NCBI GenBank assembly: GCA_965224025.1
Contig: OZ245033.1
Location: 1,056,001 to 1,120,000, forward strand
Source of the DNA: Candidatus Multivorans sp.
Lineage (GTDB): Bacteria; Acidobacteriota; Thermoanaerobaculia; Multivoradales; Multivoraceae
DNA length: 64,000 nt
Reading direction: 5' to 3'
Shown piece after piece: positions 9,793 to 19,387 of the stretch. A model generated the notes under the pieces. It did no database searches and was not told the origin of the DNA. It saw only the letters and a program-made list of their open reading frames with translations. The position numbers and the translations under genes are program-made. The stretch's first letter is position 1. Each line of letters begins with the position of its first letter.

Positions 9793-11472
9793 TCAGGGTT
9801 CGCGCGGATCGCGCCACCCGGGTTGGCGCGCGGTACCGGTCTTCGTTTCGTAGGACGGCACGAAGGCGATCGGCCGGCGAGCCAGTGTCGACGGTTTGAA
9901 GGCTTCGGTGATCACACGGCCGTCGATGTCGAGCGCGGTCGGCAGGTTCAAGGCGTAGAGCAGGGTTGGCGCCACGTCCTGAATGCCGAGCCGGGTCAGG
10001 AGAAGGCCCTCGTTGATTCCCTGTCCCCGTAGCAGGAGCAGCCCGTCTGGCGTGTTCTGGGAACCGCCCCCCGTCCCGCCGGGCGCCTTGCCGCGTACGC
10101 CGAACAGGCGACGCAGGGGCCCGGACCGCCTCCAACCGTAGGCGCTGACCACCGCCAGCATCCGGGGCGGCGGCAGTTGCTCCCAGGCCTCGGCCACCAG
10201 ACCGTCCACGAACGCGTAGTAGGCGGATAGCCAGCGCGCCCGGTCGATGCGAACCTGCTCCTGATCGCCGTCGAACTGGACCGCCTCGTAGGAGTCGTAG
10301 TAGAGGTGCGAGACCGCGGCCAGCCCGTCCATCACCGCGAAGACGACGAGCCCCGAATCGTCGTCCTGAGACCGCGCCGCCAGGATTTCCAGCAGTTGGG
10401 CCTGGGTCTCCAGATCACGGAGCGCCGCGGTATAGAGCGCGGACGGCGGACCGTCTCCGAGCCGGGCGAGCCGCTCGTCCTCCATGGCTGAACCGAGGGC
10501 CGCGGCCCGGGCGACGGGGGAGTCGGTGAGGCCGACGGCGAAGTCGAGTGCGAACACGTCGAGGCCGAAGCCCGCCGCGATCTGCCAGAGGGACGGAGCG
10601 GAAGGCAGGACCGGCGGGCCGCCCTCGATCGTGCCACGGTCGCCCCAGACGCTGAACGCGATACCGCGGGGCGCAAGGTGGAAGCGTTCGCCGCGAAGCG
10701 ACGGCGCGCCCCGGGTCTCCTCGGAGACGACGCCGTGCCGGAACGGGTACTTACCTGTAACCACCGTGGTCCAGAGAGGCAGGCGGCTCGCCGGTTCGAT
10801 GGACTCGGCGCGACCGTAGCTGCCGGTTCGCATCGTCTGTGAGAAGAACGGGAGCAGCCCTTGTTCGGAGAGGGGCAAGATGGCGTCGAGCGAGGCGCCA
10901 TCGAGGCCCACGATCAGGAGGTTGGGCGGTGGTGTGGACTCGATCGCCGCCGCGCGAGGCTTCCTAAGCGGCGGCGGCTCGAAGGCTTCGCGCCGTTCGA
11001 AGACCGAGTACACGGTCAGCACCGCCAGACTGGCGATGCCGAAGCGGCTGCGGGCGCCGTAGGGCCTCTGCCGGCGGTAGGTGTGAAGGAACGCGGTGTA
11101 GAGCGTGACCGCTGCCGCCAGGGCCAGCCAGAGTCCGGCCTTGATCAGGCGATCGTGGATGCCTGGCGGCAGGAACTGATCGTAGAAGGCCGCGTGGGCA
11201 AGGTCGAGGCCGGCAGCGGCGCCGAACACGCCCGCGAGGCACCAGGGAAGCAGCCGCCGCGCACGCTCGGGCGCCCGCCATGAGATGGGGATCAGCACCG
11301 CCATCGTGCTGAGCGCCCCAAGCAACCCGTAGTAGGCGCTGGTCCGGAACACCGGTCCGGGGTGAAACGGCAGGTGCGGGTTGAGGAAGAAGAGGAGCCC
11401 CGTCAGGTGGATCCCGGCCAGGAGTCCGGGTATCGCGCATGCAGCGCAACTGAGGAGCCGTTCCCGATTCAC
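9793..11472 (-). CDS. Membrane-anchored alkaline phosphatase/nucleotide pyrophosphatase-superfamily protein
   Basis: N-terminal TM helices, then IVGLDGAS, WTTVVTGK...HGV, DVAPTLL...DG; several metal ligands look degenerate; start approximate. Confidence 0.7.
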   Translation of the reverse strand: MNRERLLSCAACAIPGLLAGIHLTGLLFFLNPHLPFHPGPVFRTSAYYGLLGALSTMAVLIPISWRAPERARRLLPWCLAGVFGAAAGLDLAHAAFYDQFLPPGIHDRLIKAGLWLALAAAVTLYTAFLHTYRRQRPYGARSRFGIASLAVLTVYSVFERREAFEPPPLRKPRAAAIESTPPPNLLIVGLDGASLDAILPLSEQGLLPFFSQTMRTGSYGRAESIEPASRLPLWTTVVTGKYPFRHGVVSEETRGAPSLRGERFHLAPRGIAFSVWGDRGTIEGGPPVLPSAPSLWQIAAGFGLDVFALDFAVGLTDSPVARAAALGSAMEDERLARLGDGPPSALYTAALRDLETQAQLLEILAARSQDDDSGLVVFAVMDGLAAVSHLYYDSYEAVQFDGDQEQVRIDRARWLSAYYAFVDGLVAEAWEQLPPPRMLAVVSAYGWRRSGPLRRLFGVRGKAPGGTGGGSQNTPDGLLLLRGQGINEGLLLTRLGIQDVAPTLLYALNLPTALDIDGRVITEAFKPSTLARRPIAFVPSYETKTGTARQPGWRDPREP

Positions 11473-11562
11473 TGGGCCAACTCTACCGGGAGGACGCGGA
11501 GTCCGCGCCGCGTTTGGGGAAGCGGGACGTCGGCAGGCTCGCCCCACCGCGCGGCCGTGGAG

Positions 11563-11598
11563 TACCGGACGGCCTACCGGACGTCCTACCGGACGGCC
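11563..11598. repeat. 3 x 12-bp tandem repeat TACCGGACG(G/T)CC
   Basis: Directly visible in the divergent intergenic region before pyrK. Confidence 0.85.
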
Positions 11599-11647
11599 AC
11601 TCGGCTTCGACCGGAGGCGTGCCGGGAGTGCTACCCTCACTCGCGCC

Positions 11648-12475
11648 ATGGCGGCGCTGGACGCGAGAGGGAGAGTAATCGAGGTCCGGTCGTTGCCTCT
11701 TCGGCACTTCCTGCTCCGGATCCAGGTGGCCGGCATGCCGCCCGCCGCGCCCGGGCAGTTCGTCATGGTGGCTGGCACCAACCAGGCGGAGCCCTACCTG
11801 AGACGGGCGTTCTCGGTCTACGACCAGGCGCCGGCCGGAAACGGAGCGCTGGCGATCTCCCTGCTCGGCAAGGTGATCGGCCGGGGAACGGCGAACCTGG
11901 CGGCCTGTGTCCCAGGTGAAGACATCCCCGTTCTCGGCCCCTTGGGCACCGGCTTTCACAGTATGGCATTCTATGCGCCGCACGGCGGTCGCGCCGCGTT
12001 GGTTGCGGGCGGCATCGGATCGGCTGGCCTCGGCCTGTTGGCCCAGGCGTTCGCGCGTGCCGGAAGGCCCTTCGACTTCTACTACGGCGGTCGCAGCGCG
12101 GACGATCTGGTAGAGGCCGACGAATTCCGGCGCTTGAGCGAAAGCACCGGCGGTCGGTTGGTCAGGACGACAGAGGACGGCGCCGCCGGTGCCCGAGGGT
12201 TGGTCACGGAGGCGCTTGCGGCGACCCTCGGGGACGGCGCGACAGGGGCGCATGGCGCCTACAAGGCGCTCTACACCTGCGGTCCCCACGGTCTGATGGC
12301 TGCCGTAGCGCGGATCGCGGCCGATCACGGCATCGAAGGGGAAGCAGCGATGGAGACCCCGATGGGTTGCGGCTACGGCGCCTGCCTCGGCTGCGCGGTG
12401 GAGCTCAAGAAGGGCGGTTACGCACTGTGCTGCCGGCACGGCCCGGTCTTCGATCTCGGGGAGGTGGTTTGGTGA
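11648..12475 (+). CDS. pyrK: Dihydroorotate dehydrogenase electron transfer subunit
   Basis: PGQFVM, RRAFSV, AGGIG, CGP, MGCGYGACLGC...C..GPVF. Confidence 0.93.
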   Translation: MAALDARGRVIEVRSLPLRHFLLRIQVAGMPPAAPGQFVMVAGTNQAEPYLRRAFSVYDQAPAGNGALAISLLGKVIGRGTANLAACVPGEDIPVLGPLGTGFHSMAFYAPHGGRAALVAGGIGSAGLGLLAQAFARAGRPFDFYYGGRSADDLVEADEFRRLSESTGGRLVRTTEDGAAGARGLVTEALAATLGDGATGAHGAYKALYTCGPHGLMAAVARIAADHGIEGEAAMETPMGCGYGACLGCAVELKKGGYALCCRHGPVFDLGEVVW

Positions 12476-13407
12476 CCAGGAACACCGGCACATCCGGCGC
12501 CGACCTCTCCACGCGGGTAGGGCCTCTGCGGCTCCAGAATCCGATCCTGACGGCGAGCGGAACGTTCGGCTACGGCCTGGAGTTCGCCGAACGGGCCGAC
12601 CTGCGGCGACTCGGCGGCCTGGTGACGAAGGGGCTGTCGCTGGAGCCTCTGGCGGGGAATCCGCCGGTTCGGATCGTCGAGACTCGCGGCGGCATGCTGA
12701 ACTCGATCGGCCTGCAGAACATCGGCGTCGACCGGTTCCTGAACGATGTCCTTCCGGGTCTGGCGGGACTGCCGCCGAAGATCATCGTCAACCTGTTCGG
12801 GTACGACCAGGACGACTACGTGCGGCTGGCCGAGCGGGTCGACCCCCATCCCGGCGTGGCCGCGGTGGAGTTGAACGTGTCCTGCCCGAACGCGAGCAAG
12901 GGCGGGATGGAGTTCGGTCATGACCCCGACATCCTGTGCGGCCTGGTCCGGCGAGTACGTTCCGCGACCGGCAAGCCGGTGGTGGTCAAGCTGTCGCCGA
13001 ACGTCACCTCGCCGGCGGCCCTGGGCCAGGCTGCGAGCGCCGGCGGCGCCGATATCCTGTCGGCGGTGAACACCTTTGTCGGCATGGCGATCGACACGAA
13101 TACCCGGCGTCCGGTGCTGTCGACGGTTCGTGGCGGGCTTTCCGGGCCGGCGATCAAGCCGCTGGCGCTGCGGATCGTCTGGGATGTCGCCCGCGAGGTC
13201 GACCTGCCGGTGATCGGAATCGGCGGGGTCGAGACGGTTGACGACGTTCTGGAGTTTCTGCTGGCGGGCGCCTCGGCGGTGCAGGTCGGAACGGCGCTCT
13301 TCCGCGACCCCAGGACGGCGGAGCGCCTCGTCGATGGACTACGCGAGCGTCTCGAGGCGGATAGTGTGGACTCGGTGGCCTCCCTGATCGGGGCGGCAGC
13401 TTCGTGA
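12472..13407 (+). CDS. pyrD: Dihydroorotate dehydrogenase (family 1B) catalytic subunit
   Basis: ASGTFGYG, GMLNSIGLQN, ELNVSCPN, KLSPNV, GGLSGPAIKP. Confidence 0.95.
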   Translation: MTRNTGTSGADLSTRVGPLRLQNPILTASGTFGYGLEFAERADLRRLGGLVTKGLSLEPLAGNPPVRIVETRGGMLNSIGLQNIGVDRFLNDVLPGLAGLPPKIIVNLFGYDQDDYVRLAERVDPHPGVAAVELNVSCPNASKGGMEFGHDPDILCGLVRRVRSATGKPVVVKLSPNVTSPAALGQAASAGGADILSAVNTFVGMAIDTNTRRPVLSTVRGGLSGPAIKPLALRIVWDVAREVDLPVIGIGGVETVDDVLEFLLAGASAVQVGTALFRDPRTAERLVDGLRERLEADSVDSVASLIGAAAS

Positions 13408-14093
13408 CCGACCGGCTGGAGCGGGTCGCCGTCGCCCTCGACACGGACGATCGCGACACGTACCGCCGCTGGTGTTCCTTCTTCGGTCCTCGCGCCGGCG
13501 TCCTGAAGGTGGGACCGCGGGTCGTCCTGCGCTGGGGGCGCGCGGCGGTCGAAGAGGCTGCGAGAACTGGCGCGGAGGTCTTCCTCGACTTCAAGTTCCA
13601 CGACATCCCGAGTGCCGTCGCGGGCACCGTGGGCGCGGCGAAGGAGCTGGGCGTCTCCTACCTGACGGTGCATGCGGGTGGCGGCCGGCGGATGTTGGAG
13701 GCCGCGGTCGAAGCGGCTGGTGACGAGATCCGCGTGCTCGGGATCACGGTACTCACCCATCTCGCGCCCGAAGACCTCGAGAAACTGGATCTGCCGGGTC
13801 GGGCCGCGGATCGTGTTCTGGCTTGGGCGTCCACGGCGCAGCGGGCCGGTTGCGCCGGCGTGGTCTGTTCGCCGCTCGAGTTGGCCTCCCTGCGCGAGCG
13901 ACTTGGGCCGGAGCTGCTGCTGGTGAGCCCGGGAATCCGCTTCGGGGATTCCGGGAGCGACGATCAGCGCCGCGTCGCGACTCCGGCGGCAGCGCTACGG
14001 TCCGGGGCGGACCTGATTGTGATCGGGCGGCCGCTGACCCAGGCCGCCGACCCCGAGGCAGCCCTCGCGGCGCTGGCGGCGGCCGGCGCCTGA
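13404..14093 (+). CDS. pyrF: Orotidine-5'-phosphate decarboxylase
   Basis: VALD, FLDFKFHDIP, SPGIR, DDQRR, VIGRP. Confidence 0.95.
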   Translation: MTDRLERVAVALDTDDRDTYRRWCSFFGPRAGVLKVGPRVVLRWGRAAVEEAARTGAEVFLDFKFHDIPSAVAGTVGAAKELGVSYLTVHAGGGRRMLEAAVEAAGDEIRVLGITVLTHLAPEDLEKLDLPGRAADRVLAWASTAQRAGCAGVVCSPLELASLRERLGPELLLVSPGIRFGDSGSDDQRRVATPAAALRSGADLIVIGRPLTQAADPEAALAALAAAGA

Positions 14094-14121
14094 TCCGCGG
14101 GAGGCGCTTTCCCGAGACGGA

Positions 14122-14739
14122 TCACCGCGGGACGTGGAAGGTCCGCCGCCAGCGGACGGCCCATCTCCCGGCTTCCCCGTCACGCGACCAGTAGACGAGT
14201 AGCGGCCGGCCGCGCACCAGTTCGGTTCCGACGGGGCCGAAGAAGCGCGAGTCGCGGGATATGTCGCGGTTGTCGCCGAGACAGAAGAGGCGCCCGGCCG
14301 GCACGGGTTCGGGACCGTACTCATCGCGGCGCCAGAAACTCTCGTGAAGGAACTCCGACCGGGGATAGACCCGGTTGTCCGAGTGGACGACGTAGGCGGT
14401 CTCATCGACTTCGTGACCGTTGACGCGGAGCTTCTTCGAGTCGATTTCCACCTCCGCGCCGCCGGTCGCCAGGCAGCGTTTCAGCAGTTCGTGGGCGGGA
14501 TCCTCGATGCCGCGGAAGGTGACCAGGTCGCCGGGTCGGACCTCCCGCTGGGGTACGAGCGGTCCCCAACGACCCGCGCCGGCGCCGAAGATGAACTTGT
14601 TGATCAGCAAGTGATCGCCGACCATCAGCGCTGGTTCCATCGATTCGGAGGGAATGCGATAGGCCTGCACCAGGAAGGCCCGGACGAACAGGGCCAGGAT
14701 GGCCGCGACGAGCAGCACGTCCGCGCCGTCGCGCCACAC
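14122..14739 (-). CDS. lepB: Signal peptidase I (paralog 2)
   Basis: IPSESMEP, LLKRC, GDNRDISRDSR. Confidence 0.9.
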   Translation of the reverse strand: MWRDGADVLLVAAILALFVRAFLVQAYRIPSESMEPALMVGDHLLINKFIFGAGAGRWGPLVPQREVRPGDLVTFRGIEDPAHELLKRCLATGGAEVEIDSKKLRVNGHEVDETAYVVHSDNRVYPRSEFLHESFWRRDEYGPEPVPAGRLFCLGDNRDISRDSRFFGPVGTELVRGRPLLVYWSRDGEAGRWAVRWRRTFHVPR

Positions 14740-14865
14740 CTTGGGGCGTCCGGTGCGTGGACGAAGTCTCAGGGGAGGCTCCCGGCAGTTCTAGGAGTCG
14801 AGTCGCGGCGTCCGCGCCGCGCTGACGCACAGGAAACAGGGTTTGTTCCATGCAAGCGCGAGCTC

Positions 14866-15600
14866 CTACCGGATTACCTTGAAGGTGCGCTCCCAGCGGC
14901 TCTTGGTCAGGAAGCCCAGAGCCGTGTTCGCGAGCTGTTTCAGGCGGTGACCGAGACCGCGCCATGTGCCGTCCGGGGTATCGCCTCCGTACGACCAGTA
15001 GACCATCGCCGCCCGGCCCTTGACCAGGGAGAGCGGCACCGGGCCCCAAGCGCGCGAGTCATAGGACTCGTCGCGGTTGTCGCCCAGACAGAAAAGGTGG
15101 TCCTCCGGTACGAGGAGTGGTCCCCAGTTGTCTCGGAGGAAGTCTAGGCCGTACCTCCGCGTCGCTGTTTGGATACGGCGGTCGCGATGGATCGCGTAGG
15201 TGGCGTCATCCACCTCCTCGCCGTTCAGGAAGAGCCGCTTGTCGACCATCCGGATCTCGTCGCCTGGCAAGCCGATACAGCGCTTGACGAGGTCCATCTT
15301 CGGCGTCTCGGGCGACCGGAAGATGAGGATGTCGCCACGCCGCACATCGCGGCCCGGCAGCAGTTTCTGCTCGAGCGCCGTGGGGCGCGGCCCGAAGATG
15401 TACCGGTTGACGAACAAGTGGTCGCCGATCAGCAGCGTGTCCTCCATCGAACCGCTGGGGATGTAGAAGGTCTTCAGGACGAAGTTGTTCGTGAAGCCGA
15501 GGAAGATGGCCGCCACGATCAGGGCCTCGAGGTACTCGCGGATCACGGACGCGCGGCGTCCGCCCGCGGATTCCGGAGCCTTGTTCTCGCCGCTCGCCAT
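14866..15600 (-). CDS. lepB: Signal peptidase I (paralog 1)
   Basis: IPSGSMED, LVKRCIG, GDNRDESYDSR. Confidence 0.93.
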   Translation of the reverse strand: MASGENKAPESAGGRRASVIREYLEALIVAAIFLGFTNNFVLKTFYIPSGSMEDTLLIGDHLFVNRYIFGPRPTALEQKLLPGRDVRRGDILIFRSPETPKMDLVKRCIGLPGDEIRMVDKRLFLNGEEVDDATYAIHRDRRIQTATRRYGLDFLRDNWGPLLVPEDHLFCLGDNRDESYDSRAWGPVPLSLVKGRAAMVYWSYGGDTPDGTWRGLGHRLKQLANTALGFLTKSRWERTFKVIR

Positions 15601-15883
15601 CGGTTGGCTAATCTACACGAGCGGGGTGCCGCGCGATGGGCACGCCCGGGGCCTGATCGGTGGCCCTATCGCGTGTCAGAACGCTCCTGGAGTCGGACCA
15701 GCGGTACCGGGGCGTCTCGGCGCCCTACCGCGTGTCGAGAGTTTTGGATTCGGTCCAGCTCGCTTGACAGCAGGCCGTCGCAACCGCAGGTCCCGCCAAA
15801 TGAGAAAGATGCGGCCCGGAACCGCGCGAACGGGTCAAGGTCTCTTGACGAAACGGCTCCGTTTCTCGTTCCTGATGCCCGCA

Positions 15884-15908
15884 TAACGTGTTGATTCAAA
15901 GTGTCTTA
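15884..15908. promoter_or_regulatory. IHF-like binding site
   Basis: Minus strand AATCAACACGTTA matches WATCAANNNNTTR exactly, within a TAA-N19-TTA imperfect palindrome. Confidence 0.55.
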
Positions 15909-16112
15909 CAGGATTCGTGCGTGTTGGCCGGGAACTTGAAACAAGAAGCGGCATCTATACATTCGGGAGCAAGGAGGTGTCCAAGGGGTACCAGGGAAGC
16001 CAAGTTGGCAAAGGACCAGGGGGACACCTCGGTGTCCCCCTGGCATGCCACGATCCTTGCTCCGGGATGGCGGTTTTGACCAATACGAAAACCCCTGCGG
16101 GAACCAACGGAG

Positions 16113-16487
16113 ATGAACATGACAAGAAGGAAGAAGATCGCGTCGGTGGTAGTGCTCACGCTAGGCATGGTGGCTGCGCTGCCTGCCGGAGCGGCTGAAG
16201 GCGTAGTCAACATCAACAATGCGGATGCTGCCGCGCTCTCGCTCCTGCCCGGCGTCGGGCCGTCGACGGCGGGGAGGATCGTGGAGTTCCGTACGGAGAA
16301 CGGCAAGTTCGAGTCGGCCGCGGACCTGATGCTTGTCCGCGGCATCGGCGAACGATCGTTCGAGCGCATGCGGTCGTACGTGACGATCGAGGGGGACACG
16401 ACATTGACGGAGAAGGTGCGAGTCCCCAGGGAGAAGACCGGCTCCGACGAAGCGTCAGGGTCGGATGGCCCCACCGACGGCCCCTGA
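16113..16487 (+). CDS. comEA: ComEA-like helix-hairpin-helix DNA-binding protein, secreted
   Basis: Signal peptide, VNINNADAAALSLLPGVGP...L..VRGIG HhH2. Confidence 0.85.
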   Translation: MNMTRRKKIASVVVLTLGMVAALPAGAAEGVVNINNADAAALSLLPGVGPSTAGRIVEFRTENGKFESAADLMLVRGIGERSFERMRSYVTIEGDTTLTEKVRVPREKTGSDEASGSDGPTDGP

Positions 16488-16545
16488 TCGGCACGGAATC
16501 GTAGCGCTCGACGGCATGGAGGCGGGCGGGTCTTCGCCCGCCTCC

Positions 16546-17175
16546 ATGTTTCGTCCTGACTGCCGGGGTGCGAGAGTCGAGAGTGGCTTCACGCTTCTCG
16601 AACTCCTGGTTTCAATGACGATCCTTGCCTTGCTGGCCACGCTCGCCGTGCCCCCGCTACGCCAGCAGATCGCTCAACATCGCGTGCGGCTTGCAGCCGC
16701 TGAGGTTGCCTCGACGCTGTGGACCGCGCGGGGCAGTGCGGTCCACCACGGTGTCGCAGTCGCCGTCCGCTTCGAGGTGCAGGAATCCGAAGCGGACCCC
16801 GCGGTCGCCGTCTTTTCGCTCTACGCGGACGGCGACGGCGACGGCGTGCGTACCGCGGACCTGAGCGCCGGTACTGATCCACGGATAGGGCGTCCGGCGC
16901 GATTGCTTCACGTCGGCAGCGGCGTTCGTTTCGGCATCCCGGAGGACCTGGAGCCCAGGGAGTTCACGGGCTCAGACCGGCTCGATCGTTTGGACGATCC
17001 GGTGCGGTTCGGCCGTAGCGACCTCGCTTCCTTCAGCCCGGTCGGCACCGCGAGCCCGGGCACTGTCTTCCTCACCGACGGCTACCACCTGTTCGCGGTA
17101 CGCGTCTACAACCGCACCGGGAAGATCCGGATCCTGCGCTACGTCCGTGAACGCGAGCAGTGGAAGGGACTCTAG
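16546..17175 (+). CDS. GspH/FimT-like prepilin-type protein
   Basis: Prepilin cleavage motif GFTLLELL followed by a hydrophobic helix; start approximate. Confidence 0.82.
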   Translation: MFRPDCRGARVESGFTLLELLVSMTILALLATLAVPPLRQQIAQHRVRLAAAEVASTLWTARGSAVHHGVAVAVRFEVQESEADPAVAVFSLYADGDGDGVRTADLSAGTDPRIGRPARLLHVGSGVRFGIPEDLEPREFTGSDRLDRLDDPVRFGRSDLASFSPVGTASPGTVFLTDGYHLFAVRVYNRTGKIRILRYVREREQWKGL

Positions 17176-17238
17176 CCAGAGCCGCAACGCATGCCGAACA
17201 CTACGGTTCACTAGTTGTGGCGCGCTACGCTTCGCCGC

Positions 17239-18294
17239 ATGGAGGCCCCGAAGGCAGGCGCGGCGGCGGAGGGCTTCTCGCCCATTCGCTGGTCCGGCGA
17301 CGAACTGCTGCTGCTGGATCAGACCCTCCTTCCCGAGCGGGAGGTCTGGCTTCCATGCCGGCGCCCCGAGGACGTTGCCGGGGCGATCCGCCGCCTCTCC
17401 GTGCGCGGCGCGCCGGCCATCGGCGTGGCCGCTGCCTACGGGCTGGTTGTCGGCGCGGACGATTTCGGCGCCGCCTACGACCTGCTGCTCTCCACCCGGC
17501 CGACGGCGGTCAACCTGCGCTGGGCCCTGGAACGGGGGCGCGCGCTCCATGACCGCTGCATCGAAGCCGGCGAGCGGCATGAGCTGCGCGCCCGGTTGCT
17601 CGCGTGGGCCCGCGACCTGCACGGGCAGGATGTCGAGGCGAACCGCCGGATCGGCAGGTTCGGCCGGGAGCTGTTCGAGCAGGGCGACCGGGTCCTGACC
17701 CATTGCAATGCCGGCGCCCTGGCCACGGCGGGCTACGGCACTGCGATCGGAGTGGTCGAGGCGGCCTGGTCGGCCGGACGCCTGGCGAGCGTCTGGGTCG
17801 ACGAGACCCGGCCGCTGCTCCAGGGCTCGCGGCTGACGACCTGGGAGCTGGCGCGGCTCGAGATCCCGCACCGACTGATCACGGACAACAGCGCCGGTGC
17901 GATCATCGCCCGGGGCTGGGTCCAGAAGATCGTCGTCGGCGCCGACCGGATCGCCGCCAACGGCGACGTCGCGAACAAGGTCGGTACGTACCCCGTCGCC
18001 GTGCTCGCGGCCCGTCACGGCGTTCCCTTCTACGTCGCGGCGCCCCTGTCGACGATCGATCGCGCCACGCCGTCGGGGTCCGACATCCCGATCGAGGAGC
18101 GTGACGCGGACGAGGTGGTCCACGCCTTTGGCAAGCGGATCGCGCCCCAGGACACCGAGGCCCTCAACCTGGCCTTCGACGTGACGCCCGCGGAGCTCGT
18201 GGCGGCGTTGGTCACCGACGCCGGCGTGCTCCGGCCGCCTTACCGCGAGTCGATCGCCGCCGCGTTCAGCAGCCGGGACACGGCCGGTTCTTGA
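17239..18294 (+). CDS. mtnA: S-methyl-5-thioribose-1-phosphate isomerase
   Basis: LDQTLLP, VRGAPAIG, RPTAVNL, THCNAGALAT, ETRPLLQG, ADRIAANGD.ANKVGT. Confidence 0.95.
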   Translation: MEAPKAGAAAEGFSPIRWSGDELLLLDQTLLPEREVWLPCRRPEDVAGAIRRLSVRGAPAIGVAAAYGLVVGADDFGAAYDLLLSTRPTAVNLRWALERGRALHDRCIEAGERHELRARLLAWARDLHGQDVEANRRIGRFGRELFEQGDRVLTHCNAGALATAGYGTAIGVVEAAWSAGRLASVWVDETRPLLQGSRLTTWELARLEIPHRLITDNSAGAIIARGWVQKIVVGADRIAANGDVANKVGTYPVAVLAARHGVPFYVAAPLSTIDRATPSGSDIPIEERDADEVVHAFGKRIAPQDTEALNLAFDVTPAELVAALVTDAGVLRPPYRESIAAAFSSRDTAGS

Positions 18295-19336
18295 GCACCC
18301 ATCCGGAACTCAGCGCCGCCTTCGAGCAGTTCGCGCGCGTCGAGGCGCCGGACCTCGACTCGCCGATGTACGCGGAATTCGCGGCGGGCGTGGCGAGAGA
18401 CGGCGAACTGCTGGCGCTGGCGGCGCGCCGGCAGGCTGGACAGCCGGCGCCGAACATGCTGTTCGGGGCCGTGCAGTACCTTCTCCTGCAGGGAGTGGAG
18501 CACCCGCTGGCCGCGCACTACCCGATCCTCTCGGGCTCTGAGCGGCCGCAAGGGCCTGCTTTCCTGCTGTTCCGGGCGTTCTGCCTGGAACACCGCGAGC
18601 GTGTCGCCGAGCTGATCGCCACCCGCCGCACCCAGACCCAGGTCGTGCGGCGCTGCACCTGTCTGCTGCCCGCTTTCGGCCTGGTCTTTCGGGAGGCCGC
18701 GGCGCCGCTGGCCCTGATCGATGTCGGCGCCAGCGCCGGCCTGAACCTGAACTTCGACCGCTACGCCTACCGGTACCTGCGGGCCGGAAGGGAGGTCCTG
18801 CGCTGGGGAAGTGACACGGCGCGGGTCGCGCTCCAAGCCGATCTGCGGGGCCCCGGCACACTGCCGGAGCCGCCGGAAGAGATTCCGGTCGCCAGTCGCG
18901 ACGGAATCGACGTGAACCCCATCGACCTCGCCGACCGGGATGAATTGCTCTGGTTGCGCGCCTTGATCTGGCCCGAGCACGTGGAACGCCACGGCCAACT
19001 GGTAGACGCAACGGCCGAGCTGAAGTCCAGCCCGATCCGTCTCCACCGCGGGACGCAACGAGGGATCTGTGGCGCCTGCTGGAACGGGTCCCTGCCGAAC
19101 AGGCGCTGGTCGTCTACTCGACGATCGCCCTCTACCAGATTCCTCGTGAGGGCCGGCGGCGCATCACGAGGGCGCTGGAGGCCCAAAGCCGGGAGCGGCC
19201 CGTTTGGCGGGTCGCGCTCGAAGGCATCCACCCGCCGAGCCTGACGCTTACTCGCTACCTGGACGGCTCTGGCCAGACGGAGTTGCTGGCTCGGGCCTCG
19301 CCCCACGGCTGGTGGATCGAGTGGGGAAACTCGTAG
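18291..19336 (+). pseudogene. DUF2332-family protein, frameshifted at ~19051 (possibly a sequencing error)
   Basis: TQTQVVRR, GASAGLNL, LRALIWP; C-terminus continues in the -1 frame GDATRDL...SPHGWWIEW to TAG 19336. Confidence 0.7.
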
Positions 19337-19387
19337 GCGACGAAAGGAGGCCTGGTCGCCTGGGCAAGTTCCCCGGACGGCTTTCCG

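Noticed and set aside
14122-15600. Tandem lepB as a novelty
   Set aside because: Multiple signal peptidase I paralogs are common; both keep the Ser/Lys dyad
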